In this document: positions 1 to 9,534 of the stretch, piece after piece
Layout of the letters: each line of letters starts with the position of its first letter
How positions within the stretch are numbered: the stretch's first letter is position 1
Assembly (NCBI GenBank): GCA_032249315.1
Contig: JAVVGB010000002.1
Location: 1 to 59,764 of the forward strand
DNA from: Thermoproteota archaeon
GTDB lineage: Archaea > Thermoproteota > Thermoprotei > Gearchaeales > Gearchaeaceae
Direction: 5' to 3'
Length of the DNA: 59,764 nt
Notes under the pieces: generated by a model
Databases searched by the model: none
What the model saw: only the letters and a program-made list of their open reading frames with translations
What the model was told of the DNA's origin: nothing
Translations under genes and position numbers: made by a program

Positions 1-245
1 GGTTATTTATTCAGTTATTTTACAAGCTTATTATTTTTCTTTAAAGGTGCCAAATATAAAATTTATTAATTTTTTTATTTTCGCTTTTTTAACATGGATG
101 AACGTGCTATTTATACGCTGGGCTTACCTATTTTATATCGGCCCAACTTTATAAGACCTTATTATACTTCATGAAAAAATAATTTTTGTTTTTTTGTTTA
201 CCATAAAATAAAAATCATATAAATAAAAATTAATAATACTAACAG

Positions 246-485
246 ATGTCTTCGAAAAAAATTACTTTAAAGGAATTAGAAGTAAGAATAAATAGTATTA
301 ACGAGGAAATTAAAGGTCTTAAAGAAGAAATTACTTTGGTGAAAACAACAGAAGTTAAAGAGAAGGAAGAGATAAAAAACTGGTTAAATGTATTGGAAAA
401 CAAAATTAATAAAACAGAAGAAAATATAAATGCAATATTTGATTATCTTCACCAACTTTACGAATATATTAAAAATAACCGTTAG
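246..485 (+). CDS. hypothetical small coiled-coil protein (79 aa)
   Basis: From the ORF track. K/E/N-rich heptad-like sequence with no recognisable motif. Its 3' end overlaps the convergent truD end by 17 nt. Confidence 0.3.
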   Translation: MSSKKITLKELEVRINSINEEIKGLKEEITLVKTTEVKEKEEIKNWLNVLENKINKTEENINAIFDYLHQLYEYIKNNR

Positions 486-1845
486 CTTTGCCTATATAGG
501 AGGCTGGCGTAGGACTCTTCATAAATTCACGTAAGATTATAGTAGCATAACAACCTCTAGGTAGAGAAAATCTAAGCAAAAGTGAATGAGCATTAAATAT
601 TTCGTCTGAAATTATTTGAAACTCGATGGGATGTATTAATTTAAGATCTATTCTTCTATAAGCTCCTTTTAATGCTACTGTTTTCTCATCGGTTAACTTT
701 ACCTTAAAATCATAAATTCGTACACCTTCTTCTATCAAAATTTTATTTTCAATATCTCGCATATATCCACCATTTAATTTAACCCTGTGTCCAATAACAG
801 GAAGAACAATTGCTACCTTACTTTTTTCCAGCAACCACAAAGCTCTTTCTTTACTTATATTTCTTCCTATCTCGAAAACATAATTTATTGGACTTAAGTT
901 ATCTAAAGGAGATACTAGGTCACCTTCATTTAAATTAAAACCAATGGAATTTATTCTCTCAGATAAAAATTTATTAAATAAATATGAACTATATGATTCT
1001 AAAAACAACCTTAAAATACTTGAAGGCAATTTTGCTAAGGCATTAGCATATTCATTAGGATGATGAAGCAAATATTCTAAGACTATTCTTTCGTAATATA
1101 AATTTGAAGGTAAGTATTTTAAAGTTTCTGCAGGATCGTTTGTTTCATCATAAATTTTTCTTGCTATCTTATTTTCTTCAGGCTCAAGTGGGTCGGGATT
1201 GCCTACTAAGAATCTAACAGCTTTTTCATAATCGTTTAAAACTAAAGCTTTTCCAATCTCATGAGTAAAAGGTCTAGGAATTCCAAATCTTTGATAACCG
1301 AAATAATTTGGTATTATAATGTTATTAAGCATATTGGTAACTTCCGAGGCAATATTATAAATTGTATCTTTATCTAAATTTATTTTACGAATAGTTACTG
1401 TAAAACGGTTCCCTAAATGCGTTCCTAATCTTAAGGGACCATATGAATAAGCAGAAGCAAGTATTTTAATTTTTTTAAATTTTACCTGCTCAATAAGCTC
1501 TTTTTTATAACCTTTAATTGAAACTAATTGTGTCGTAACAGCTCTTTTATCTTTGACACCCGAAACTCCTACGTAAGAATGACTAATTCTTAAATTATTT
1601 ACAAGTGAATTGATCAATTCATATATATTTAAATTTCTTTTCAAAGTAACTATGTAAAGAAAATTTCCTTTATCAGGAAAATTTAATTTAAAATTTCCAT
1701 CGATATTTAGTATTGTACCGTCTCTCAGAATTTCTTCAACAATAAAATCTTCAGGCTTATATTTAATTATGCCAAATAAAGGCTGAGTATCGGTAATATA
1801 ATAATGAATTCCCATATTTTTTTCAAAGTCTCTAGCTTCCTTCAT
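469..1845 (-). CDS. truD: tRNA pseudouridine synthase TruD/Pus7 family
   Basis: 458 aa. Contains the TruD hallmarks GVSGVKDKRAVTTQ (catalytic Asp motif) and PNYFGYQRFG. Confidence 0.88.
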   Translation of the reverse strand: MKEARDFEKNMGIHYYITDTQPLFGIIKYKPEDFIVEEILRDGTILNIDGNFKLNFPDKGNFLYIVTLKRNLNIYELINSLVNNLRISHSYVGVSGVKDKRAVTTQLVSIKGYKKELIEQVKFKKIKILASAYSYGPLRLGTHLGNRFTVTIRKINLDKDTIYNIASEVTNMLNNIIIPNYFGYQRFGIPRPFTHEIGKALVLNDYEKAVRFLVGNPDPLEPEENKIARKIYDETNDPAETLKYLPSNLYYERIVLEYLLHHPNEYANALAKLPSSILRLFLESYSSYLFNKFLSERINSIGFNLNEGDLVSPLDNLSPINYVFEIGRNISKERALWLLEKSKVAIVLPVIGHRVKLNGGYMRDIENKILIEEGVRIYDFKVKLTDEKTVALKGAYRRIDLKLIHPIEFQIISDEIFNAHSLLLRFSLPRGCYATIILREFMKSPTPASYIGKANGYF

Positions 1846-1945
1846 TTTTTATAAACGTATAATTTCTAATTAGCTATTGGTCATATTTAATTTCTTACGT
1901 TTTAGTGAATAATTTTATAAAAACAAATTCAAAAGTTTTTATTAT

Positions 1946-2806
1946 TTAAATTAAATAACTTCTGATTTGTACATCAATAATGTTTACTCCAATAAACGTT
2001 ACAAACAAAATGAATGTAACAATAATAAAGGCTGATTCGATTCTTATGTTGGCATTTTCAAAAATACAGCTAATAGTTAAAGTGTATGAATAAAATAATA
2101 TTGGTAAAAATATTAGATAATAATATATCATATTATTTAAAAATAGTTCATAAAACCATTGATGGAATATATAATAAATAAAAACAAAAATTATTATTGG
2201 TATATAAGTAAAAGTTAATGATAAAATAAAATGTAAAGAATTTTTTATTTCTCCTAAAGTATATGTTAATAAATAAGTTAAAGTTATTATAAATACAAGA
2301 TTTAAAAAGAAAATAATTAAGTTATAAAAAGCTTGAATGTTTATAAGAATTGAATAAGGCGGAAATACAAAAAATCCAAAGGGCAATAATTTGGTAATAA
2401 AGAAACCAAAACCACCAAGACTTAATATCCCTATAATTAAAAGAATAAACTTGTTAGGCTGTAATTTATTTATCATTTTAAATAAACTTAATGGAAATAA
2501 ATAAGGAAAAGATTGAACAAAATTTGTAAATTGAGATGGAGGAGTTGAAATACTTTTACTTTCATTTAAAAGAAGTAAATATAATTTTTTACCCATATCC
2601 GTTAAAGTATATCTTCCATCAGAAGTTTTTTCAACTACGTCCTTCAATTTTTTTAATGCATCATAGAAAGTTCCTGGTGAAACATTAAGTTGTGAAATTA
2701 ATTCGGTAGCTTTAGCATATTTGTTTTCTCCTAGAATTAAAATCGTTTTTCTAGCAGTACGATTATTCATAATTTTGTAATAAATAGCTAATAATTCATC
2801 ACTCAC
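1946..2806 (-). CDS. winged-helix (ArsR-like) domain fused to a polytopic membrane domain
   Basis: The N-terminal ~85 aa look like a wHTH (ATELISQLNVSPGTFYDALKKL...GRYTLT). The remaining ~200 aa are 5-6 strongly hydrophobic segments. Confidence 0.55.
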   Translation of the reverse strand: MSDELLAIYYKIMNNRTARKTILILGENKYAKATELISQLNVSPGTFYDALKKLKDVVEKTSDGRYTLTDMGKKLYLLLLNESKSISTPPSQFTNFVQSFPYLFPLSLFKMINKLQPNKFILLIIGILSLGGFGFFITKLLPFGFFVFPPYSILINIQAFYNLIIFFLNLVFIITLTYLLTYTLGEIKNSLHFILSLTFTYIPIIIFVFIYYIFHQWFYELFLNNMIYYYLIFLPILFYSYTLTISCIFENANIRIESAFIIVTFILFVTFIGVNIIDVQIRSYLI

Positions 2807-2874
2807 AATCGCTCATATTATTAAAATAATCAAAAAATAAAAATCTTTCCATGTATTAATGTTATTGAATATTT

Positions 2875-5271
2875 ATGCTCAAAGAATACAACTATAAAAG
2901 TATAGAAGAGAAATGGATAAAAATTTGGTTAGAGAAAAAAATATACAAATTTGTCGATGATAAAAATAAACCAACGTATTCTATAGATACACCTCCACCT
3001 TATCCTAGCGGTGAATTGAGTCCAGGAAATGCGTTTAATTATGTTTATTGTGATACAGTTGCAAGATATGTAAGAATGAAGGGTTATAATGTTCATTTTC
3101 CAATCGGTTTTGATTGCCATGGATTACCTACAGAAGTAAGAGTAGAAAATTTAATAAAAAAGAAGAAAAGTGAAATGGATTGGAAAGAATTCTACAATCT
3201 GTGTGTTAAATATACAAGAATTTGGGTTGAAGAAATGGAAAAATCTTTTAAAAGACTTGGCATTTCTTTTGATTGGGATCTTAAGTATCTCACAATGGAT
3301 CCAAACTACTGGAAAAGAACGCAACTTTCTTTTATAATATCTTATAAAAAAGGATATATTTATAGAGGAGAACACCCAGTATTTTGGTGCCCTAGATGTG
3401 AAACAGCAATAGCAGAAGCTGAAGTTGAAGATGATGTTGTAAAAAAGGAATTATATTACATAAATTACAAGTTAAAAGATGGAAATAATATAACTATTGC
3501 AACTACAAGACCTGAATTATTAGGTGCTTGTGTTGCTGTAGCTGTTAATCCTAATGATGAACGATATTCTAATTATCTAAATAAAATTGCGATCGTGCCA
3601 ATTTATGAAAGAGAAGTACCAATAATAACTTCAGATGAAGTTGATCCTAGCTTTGGTACAGGAGCAATGATGATATGTACTTATGGTGATAAGGGTGACG
3701 TGAGGATACAAAAGAAAAACAATTTACCTGTCATAATTATTATAGATGATAAAGGACGTTTTAATTCCTATGCAGGAAAAATTTTAGAAGGCTTAAGCAT
3801 ATTGGAAGGAAGGAAAAAGATAGTTGAAGAACTAAGAAAGCAAGGATATTTGATAAAAACAGAAATAATAGATGGGGAAATAAGAAAATGTTGGAGATGT
3901 CATAGTCTTGTTGAAATTATTCCTAAAAAACAATGGTTCTTCCGTTCATTAGCCTTATCTGAAAAGATTTTGGAAATAGCTAATAAAATTAAATGGATAC
4001 CGCCTTATCAAATAAAAAGGTTACAAAATTGGATTAATTCGTTAAGCTGGGACTGGGTTATTTCAAGACAAAGAGTATTTGCTACAGTGATACCTGCATG
4101 GTATTGTAAAAACTGTAACGAAGTTATTGTGGCTGAAGAAGATTGGGTTCCTGTTGACCCAAGATTAGAAAAACCCAAAATAGAAAAATGTCCTAAATGT
4201 GGTGGTAATGAATTTGTTGGCGAAAATGATGTTTTAGATACATGGATGGATTCAAGCATTACATGCGCAGTTCATGCAGGATGGCCCGATAACTTTGATC
4301 CTAGATTATTTCCTGCAGATCTACAACCAAATGGATACGATATAATAAGAACATGGGACTATTATCTTTTATTAAGACACTACGTACTTTTTAACGATGT
4401 TGCTTTTAAAACAGCCCTTATAAATGGAATGGTTAGAGGTACAGATGGAAGAATGATGCATAAAAGTTATGGAAATGTCATTCCTCTTGATGAACTTTTA
4501 GATAGATATGGAGTAGATGCTTTTAGATTATGGGCATTAAGTTCAGTTAAAGTGGGTTCAGATGTTAGCGTAAGATTTGAGGATTTAGATTTCAATAAAA
4601 GATTTTTGAATAAGTTATGGAATGCGGCAAGATATGTTATAACATTTACTAGAGAAGTAAAAGAAATACCTAAGATCGAGAAATTAATAGATTTATGGAT
4701 TTTAAATGAGCTACAGAATGTTATTAATAAAGTTAATATGTACATGGAGGAAATGGACTTCTTTAATGCAGTAAACGAAATAAGAACTTTTATTTGGAAT
4801 AAATTCTGTGATCAATATTTAGAAGCAGTTAAATACAGAACCGCAATGAACGATGAGGTAGCTTTTTATGTTTTAAGATATACATTAGAAAAAATCCTGT
4901 TATTATTGGCACCTTTTGCACCTTTTATTACCGAGGAAATTTATCATAATTTAAAGGAAAACGTCTTGACAATTCATTTAGAAAAATATCCTGAACATAA
5001 AGAAATTAATGAAGTAATAATAAAAAGAGGGGAAATTTTAACTAAAACAATAGCTGAATTAAGAAGAATTAAATTAAGATTAGGTATTTCTTTAGCAGAA
5101 AATTTAAGTAAAGTTACTATTTATGCTAAAAACTTTTTCGATATAATTAAAGAAAACTATGAAGATATTAAACATACTTTAAGAATAAACGAGATGGAAG
5201 TTCTTAAAGAGGGGGAAGGGAAATACAAAAGTGAGGAATTAGAAAATGTATCATATGATATAGTTGTTTAA
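2875..5271 (+). CDS. valS: valyl-tRNA synthetase
   Basis: 798 aa. Motifs: IDTPPPYPSG, WCPRCETAIAEAEVE, TTRPELLGACVAVAVNPNDERY and GRMMHKSYGNVI (KMSKS position). The HIGH position reads SPGN. Confidence 0.88.
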   Translation: MLKEYNYKSIEEKWIKIWLEKKIYKFVDDKNKPTYSIDTPPPYPSGELSPGNAFNYVYCDTVARYVRMKGYNVHFPIGFDCHGLPTEVRVENLIKKKKSEMDWKEFYNLCVKYTRIWVEEMEKSFKRLGISFDWDLKYLTMDPNYWKRTQLSFIISYKKGYIYRGEHPVFWCPRCETAIAEAEVEDDVVKKELYYINYKLKDGNNITIATTRPELLGACVAVAVNPNDERYSNYLNKIAIVPIYEREVPIITSDEVDPSFGTGAMMICTYGDKGDVRIQKKNNLPVIIIIDDKGRFNSYAGKILEGLSILEGRKKIVEELRKQGYLIKTEIIDGEIRKCWRCHSLVEIIPKKQWFFRSLALSEKILEIANKIKWIPPYQIKRLQNWINSLSWDWVISRQRVFATVIPAWYCKNCNEVIVAEEDWVPVDPRLEKPKIEKCPKCGGNEFVGENDVLDTWMDSSITCAVHAGWPDNFDPRLFPADLQPNGYDIIRTWDYYLLLRHYVLFNDVAFKTALINGMVRGTDGRMMHKSYGNVIPLDELLDRYGVDAFRLWALSSVKVGSDVSVRFEDLDFNKRFLNKLWNAARYVITFTREVKEIPKIEKLIDLWILNELQNVINKVNMYMEEMDFFNAVNEIRTFIWNKFCDQYLEAVKYRTAMNDEVAFYVLRYTLEKILLLLAPFAPFITEEIYHNLKENVLTIHLEKYPEHKEINEVIIKRGEILTKTIAELRRIKLRLGISLAENLSKVTIYAKNFFDIIKENYEDIKHTLRINEMEVLKEGEGKYKSEELENVSYDIVV

Positions 5272-6467
5272 CTTTCTAAATTAAAACGCCCTCTTTTAAT
5301 ACCAAGTTTTTCCCTATCTTTTGCTGTATATTCAAAAATATTCTTAAACAACTTGTAATGATATTCTGTGAATTCAACTTTTTTGCTCTGCATATATCTT
5401 TTAGCTACCTCTATTGAAGATTCAAATAAAAATTCATATCCTTCATTTTTTTCACCATTCCATAATGTAAAACTAGGTATACTTTTATTTAACGTAAAAT
5501 ATATATGGGAGGAAAAACCTGCACTTTTGCCTCCAAACAGTAAAGAACCGATGGAAACTTTTACATGATCACCTAGTATTACACCAAGTTTTTTCATCCC
5601 TGTTTCTTCTTTGGTATATAAATTATCATACTTGATAATTCCATAAGTATTCTTAAGATTCGAAACAACAGATAATGCTCCAATATTTATCCATTCCCCG
5701 AGATAAGAATCACCTATATATGAATTATGTCTACTATTCGTATAATCTAATATAATAGAATTAGTAACTTCTCCGCCTATTGTACAATTATTTCCAATAG
5801 AAGATCTACGAATATTTGAATTGGTGATTATTAAAGTATTTTTTCCAATATAAGAAGGCCCTTCAATTCTAGTATTTCCTTGTATATATGCACCATCTCC
5901 TATGAAAACAGGGCCTTCTCTAAGATCAAATATTACATTAGGTTCTAAATAAATGTCTCCATCGGTTATTAAAGGGTATTTTCCTATTCTATTATAATTG
6001 AACTTTAATTCATTATGTATACGACTTAATCTTAAAACATCCTTGTATAAAATTTCTTTATTATACTTAATTAGATCGTAAACTTTTTGAATTATTTTAA
6101 CTTCCGTATTAATTACATTAGCATCTAGTTTAAACTCAGAGTCAATTAAAGAATAAGAATAACCTATTATTTTATTACCAGATTTTATTACTAATTTTTT
6201 GCTTATATTCTGTAAAATTTTATTTATAAAATCTTCTTCAATTATAAAATTCGATACTAATACTAGAGCGTCTGGATCGTTCCCTTCATACTTTTTATAT
6301 TCCTTTGGAATTAATTTATTAGACACTAAGCAAAATATGTCATCTTTAGTAAAGTTAACTAACCTTTCATAATTAGAAAATGCCCCAACTTTTAATTCAA
6401 ATACATGATGAGAAAGTGATAAAGGAAAAAAATTTTCAAAGAATTCCTCTTTTAATATGTAAGGCAT
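5268..6467 (-). CDS. putative sugar nucleotidyltransferase-like protein with left-handed beta-helix (hexapeptide repeat) C-terminal half
   Basis: 399 aa. The N-terminus FENFFPLSLSHHVFELKVG resembles the alternative GlmU-like archaeal/bacterial family. The C-terminal half has repeated [LIV]G hexapeptide periodicity (IGKNTLI..SSIGNNCTIGGEV..IGDSYLGEWINIGA). Confidence 0.6.
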   Translation of the reverse strand: MPYILKEEFFENFFPLSLSHHVFELKVGAFSNYERLVNFTKDDIFCLVSNKLIPKEYKKYEGNDPDALVLVSNFIIEEDFINKILQNISKKLVIKSGNKIIGYSYSLIDSEFKLDANVINTEVKIIQKVYDLIKYNKEILYKDVLRLSRIHNELKFNYNRIGKYPLITDGDIYLEPNVIFDLREGPVFIGDGAYIQGNTRIEGPSYIGKNTLIITNSNIRRSSIGNNCTIGGEVTNSIILDYTNSRHNSYIGDSYLGEWINIGALSVVSNLKNTYGIIKYDNLYTKEETGMKKLGVILGDHVKVSIGSLLFGGKSAGFSSHIYFTLNKSIPSFTLWNGEKNEGYEFLFESSIEVAKRYMQSKKVEFTEYHYKLFKNIFEYTAKDREKLGIKRGRFNLES

Positions 6468-6502
6468 ATAAATATTTATAGTATCAACTTATAAATTTCC
6501 TT

Positions 6503-6946
6503 ATGAAAAAGCTAATTATTTCAATATTAATACTACAGCTTATTTTATTACCAAATACTCATGCTATTTCAAAAATTGTTATAGATTATATAGATTATGA
6601 GGAAGGAAAATTTAACATTATTGTACTTAAGCCTGATAATGAGAGGGAAAAAGTTCTAATTTTAGAAATTTATGTTAATTCGTCATTATACAGAAAATAT
6701 TATTTTAGCGGTAATGAAAGTTATCCTATAATTGTAGAGATCCAACTTGGAAAACTTAAAGGTTTAACTGAAATTTCTGCAAGAGCATATACTGATATTT
6801 TTGGATGGGGTCCTCTAACAAAAATTCATGCAGACAGTAAAGGAATAAAAAATCAAGAATTAAATCCTACAAGAGATGTTGCATTATTGGTAGGTTTAGT
6901 TTTCTTAGGTATTTTTATCTTCTTCTTTTTCAAAAAAGGGAAATAA
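6503..6946 (+). CDS. secreted/membrane-anchored hypothetical protein
   Basis: 147 aa. N-terminal signal-like hydrophobic stretch and a C-terminal TM segment followed by KKGK. Confidence 0.5.
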   Translation: MKKLIISILILQLILLPNTHAISKIVIDYIDYEEGKFNIIVLKPDNEREKVLILEIYVNSSLYRKYYFSGNESYPIIVEIQLGKLKGLTEISARAYTDIFGWGPLTKIHADSKGIKNQELNPTRDVALLVGLVFLGIFIFFFFKKGK

Positions 6947-6947
6947 T

Positions 6948-7346
6948 TTATAAAGAGTAAGGTGGTGTTCTTTCTTCTTTCTCTTCCCTTAATAATAATG
7001 AAGGAATTGTAGATATTTTCTCCTTATCTTTTATATAATTTAAGAAATCACTAGTATGTTTGGCATCAAATTCAATCAATTCGATCATTATTTTCCATAT
7101 TTTCTCCTGTATTTCTTTTAACATACTTTGAGGCATAATTGTAGTTATAGCTGGATTATTTAACCAATTTTCAAACCCTTTTATCGTCCTGCTTATATGC
7201 TGACATGCCGTTCTTGATGCTATTAATAAGGATAACCTATCAGCATCTTTAAAACTTTCCATACTTCTTTTAGCTAATTCTAAAATTCTTTTCTGCTCTT
7301 CAATCCATTCTTGCATGCTTCTCGTAAAAGCTGCACTGAAAGTCAT
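6948..7346 (-). CDS. hypothetical protein (132 aa, helical)
   Basis: From the ORF track. Fills the gap exactly between neighbouring genes. No motif recognised. Confidence 0.45.
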   Translation of the reverse strand: MTFSAAFTRSMQEWIEEQKRILELAKRSMESFKDADRLSLLIASRTACQHISRTIKGFENWLNNPAITTIMPQSMLKEIQEKIWKIMIELIEFDAKHTSDFLNYIKDKEKISTIPSLLLREEKEERTPPYSL

Positions 7347-7484
7347 GATAATTTATATCTTCAGTATCCTATTTAAATCTATAACTGATTTTCTCCACGC
7401 TTTAAAAGAGGAAGACTTTTGTTGAAATAATATGAATAAAGTATTCAAAAAATTTAAATCATTTATAATTAAAAATAAAGTTAT

Positions 7485-7991
7485 ATGGGAGGGAACTATA
7501 TACCTGAGGTGCCCTTTGTTCCTACACCAGAAAACGTGGTAAGAAAAATGCTTAAATTAGCAGATCTAAAGGAAAAAGAAGTTCTTGTTGATCTAGGAGC
7601 GGGAGACGGTAGAATTTTATTCATTGGTGCATTAGAATTTAATGCAGGGAAATGTATTGGTGTAGAAATACGAAATGATTTCGTTAAAAATATTGAAGAA
7701 AAAATTAAGAAATATAACTTAGAAAATAAAGTTCAAATCGTTCATGGTAATTTATTTGAGTATCCTTTAAAAGAAGCGAATGTTGTTACATTATATTTAT
7801 TAACTAGCGTAAATGAAAAATTAAGATCTAAATTAGAAAAAGAACTGAGACCAGGAAGTAGAGTAGTAAGCCACGATTTTGAAATACCCGGTTGGATTCC
7901 TACAAAAGTTGAAGAAATTTATGATTCTGGAAGAACCCATAAAATTTACCTTTATACTATTCCGCCAGTAAAAAAGCCCTATTATTTTTAA
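7485..7991 (+). CDS. class I SAM-dependent methyltransferase, crenarchaeal protein-lysine methyltransferase (aKMT)-like
   Basis: 168 aa. VPFVPTPENVVRKML, VLVDLGAGDGRI (SAM motif I) and VVSHDFEIPGW match my recollection of Sulfolobus aKMT. Confidence 0.7.
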   Translation: MGGNYIPEVPFVPTPENVVRKMLKLADLKEKEVLVDLGAGDGRILFIGALEFNAGKCIGVEIRNDFVKNIEEKIKKYNLENKVQIVHGNLFEYPLKEANVVTLYLLTSVNEKLRSKLEKELRPGSRVVSHDFEIPGWIPTKVEEIYDSGRTHKIYLYTIPPVKKPYYF

Positions 7992-8236
7992 AGTGTCTTT
8001 TCAATTACATTAATAAGTTTAATAAGATCTTCTTCACGATTTTTATTTAAATATTTTAGTACGGATCTTTCATTTTGTAATTCGAGATATTTTTTAATTA
8101 TTTGTATTTTAATTTTTACTCCTTCGCTATTCAAATAACCTTTAGAAACATAATAGTAGAAATTTGTTTTTGCTTCTTGTATCAAATTAAGAAGTTCTTG
8201 AAGCAATTTTTCACTTTGTTTTTCTTTACTATTCAC
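7988..8236 (-). CDS. hypothetical small helical protein (82 aa)
   Basis: From the ORF track only. Shares an overlapping stop (TTAA) with the convergent methyltransferase gene. Confidence 0.35.
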   Translation of the reverse strand: MNSKEKQSEKLLQELLNLIQEAKTNFYYYVSKGYLNSEGVKIKIQIIKKYLELQNERSVLKYLNKNREEDLIKLINVIEKTL

Positions 8237-8281
8237 AAAATAATATTTTTATTAAAAATTTATTTTATTATCTTATTCATA

Positions 8282-8815
8282 ATGAATGATAATATTAGTC
8301 CTTTAGCTCAATCCCTTTTAGAACTTCTTAGAGTTAAAAAAACTTTAACTATAAATGAGATATTAGAGTGGAGTAAGAGTAAAAATATTAATAAATTAGT
8401 TTTAAGCACAATTATCGGCGAATTAGACGAAAAAGGATTGATAGCTCAAAGTGGAAGATGGGCTCAATCAGAACCTTTATTCCCTCTTCCTGAAAGGATA
8501 GAAATAAAAGAAGTTGAAGAAGAGATTAAAGAAAAGAAACTTGAAGAGATAAAGGAGGAAATAAAAATAGAAAAACCCCAGTTACAATACATTGAAAAGG
8601 TTAAAGAATACATAGCAAGGTATTATAGTGTAGGTGAATTACGTCTAAGGTTGGATTTTAGCGATAAAATAAAAGAAATAGATCCAATATTAAAAAAATT
8701 AAGTGAAGAAGGATTAATAGTTTGGGATAAAGAACTAGGAACAATAACTGCAACAGATAAACTTATTGATGGTTACAAAAAGCAGAAGAAGTTCATTGAT
8801 TATTTTAAGGAATAA
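8282..8815 (+). CDS. hypothetical protein with two winged-helix-like modules joined by an E/K-rich linker
   Basis: I start the gene at the internal ATG at 8282 (MNDNISPL...). The track ORF start at 8102 runs antisense through the 7988-8236 gene and encodes low-complexity F/I sequence. Confidence 0.5.
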   Translation: MNDNISPLAQSLLELLRVKKTLTINEILEWSKSKNINKLVLSTIIGELDEKGLIAQSGRWAQSEPLFPLPERIEIKEVEEEIKEKKLEEIKEEIKIEKPQLQYIEKVKEYIARYYSVGELRLRLDFSDKIKEIDPILKKLSEEGLIVWDKELGTITATDKLIDGYKKQKKFIDYFKE

Positions 8816-8834
8816 AAAGGATTAACTTAAAAAG

Positions 8835-9161
8835 TTAAGCTGCAGTAAAGATAGGATTTCTCGAATGCTTATAAGCATATTTTATTAAACCTTCTTTTTC
8901 TAATGTTTGTAATAATCTTTTAGCTTCTCCCATAGTGATTCCATACTTACTACTAATAGACCACGCAGAAATATATGGCATAGTTTTAATTTCATTTCTT
9001 ATACTAACAAGTATACTCGTTTCCGTAGCAGTCAAAGCTATTTTTGTTTTTTGCTCTTTCTTTTCAACAGTATGCGGCTTCTTTTGCTGTTGAGCTTTTT
9101 TCATTTCTTTTTCTTGTCTTTTGGCTATTTGCGAAATACCTTTCTTTCCTTTTCCCCCCAT
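8835..9161 (-). CDS. rps25e: 30S ribosomal protein S25e
   Basis: 108 aa. Basic N-terminus MGGKGKK...KKAQQQKK, then a wHTH-like C-terminal half (YISAWSISSKYGITMGEAKRLLQTLEKEGLI), as in archaeal S25e. Confidence 0.82.
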   Translation of the reverse strand: MGGKGKKGISQIAKRQEKEMKKAQQQKKPHTVEKKEQKTKIALTATETSILVSIRNEIKTMPYISAWSISSKYGITMGEAKRLLQTLEKEGLIKYAYKHSRNPIFTAA

Positions 9162-9219
9162 AACGTTTTAAAAATATCAACAAAAGAATTTAAATTTTAT
9201 CTTTAAAAATTAAACCATA

Positions 9220-9534
9220 ATGGGTAAAATTTCATCAATAATAGAAATACTAGAAAAATACGAAAAAGAAATCGAAAAAATGAAATTATATCTCGAAGAA
9301 ACAAAATTAAAACTAGCAGAAGAAGCAGAACGTAAAGCAAAGAATTTATCAGAAAAAATTATCAATGAATTTACCGAAGAAAGCAAAATTTTATTAAAAA
9401 AGGAAGAAGAAGAGGCAAGAAAAAAAGCAGAATTAATTAAAAAAGAAGGAGAGAAAGAAATAGAAAAAATGAAACAAGTAATAGAAGGTAAAATGGAGGA
9501 AGGGATAAAGATTGTTCTTGAAATATTATTATGA
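9220..9534 (+). CDS. atpH: A-type ATP synthase peripheral-stalk subunit H-like
   Basis: 104 aa E/K-rich coiled coil. First gene of the ATPase cluster, with an ATGA overlap onto the next gene. Confidence 0.55.
   Translation: MGKISSIIEILEKYEKEIEKMKLYLEETKLKLAEEAERKAKNLSEKIINEFTEESKILLKKEEEEARKKAELIKKEGEKEIEKMKQVIEGKMEEGIKIVLEILL

Noticed and set aside
94-174. Slightly GC-richer island at the window start containing a 26-codon ORF (MDERAIYTLGLPILYRPNFIRPYYTS) and a TGGGC/GCCCA stem
   Set aside because: It is too short and there is no motif, no convincing RNA fold and no C/D boxes. It lies at the window edge, so the context is missing.
8102-8281. 5' extension of the 8102-8815 ORF
   Set aside because: It runs antisense across the 7988-8236 gene and encodes F/I/L-only sequence. 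The ATG at 8282 gives a sensible start.
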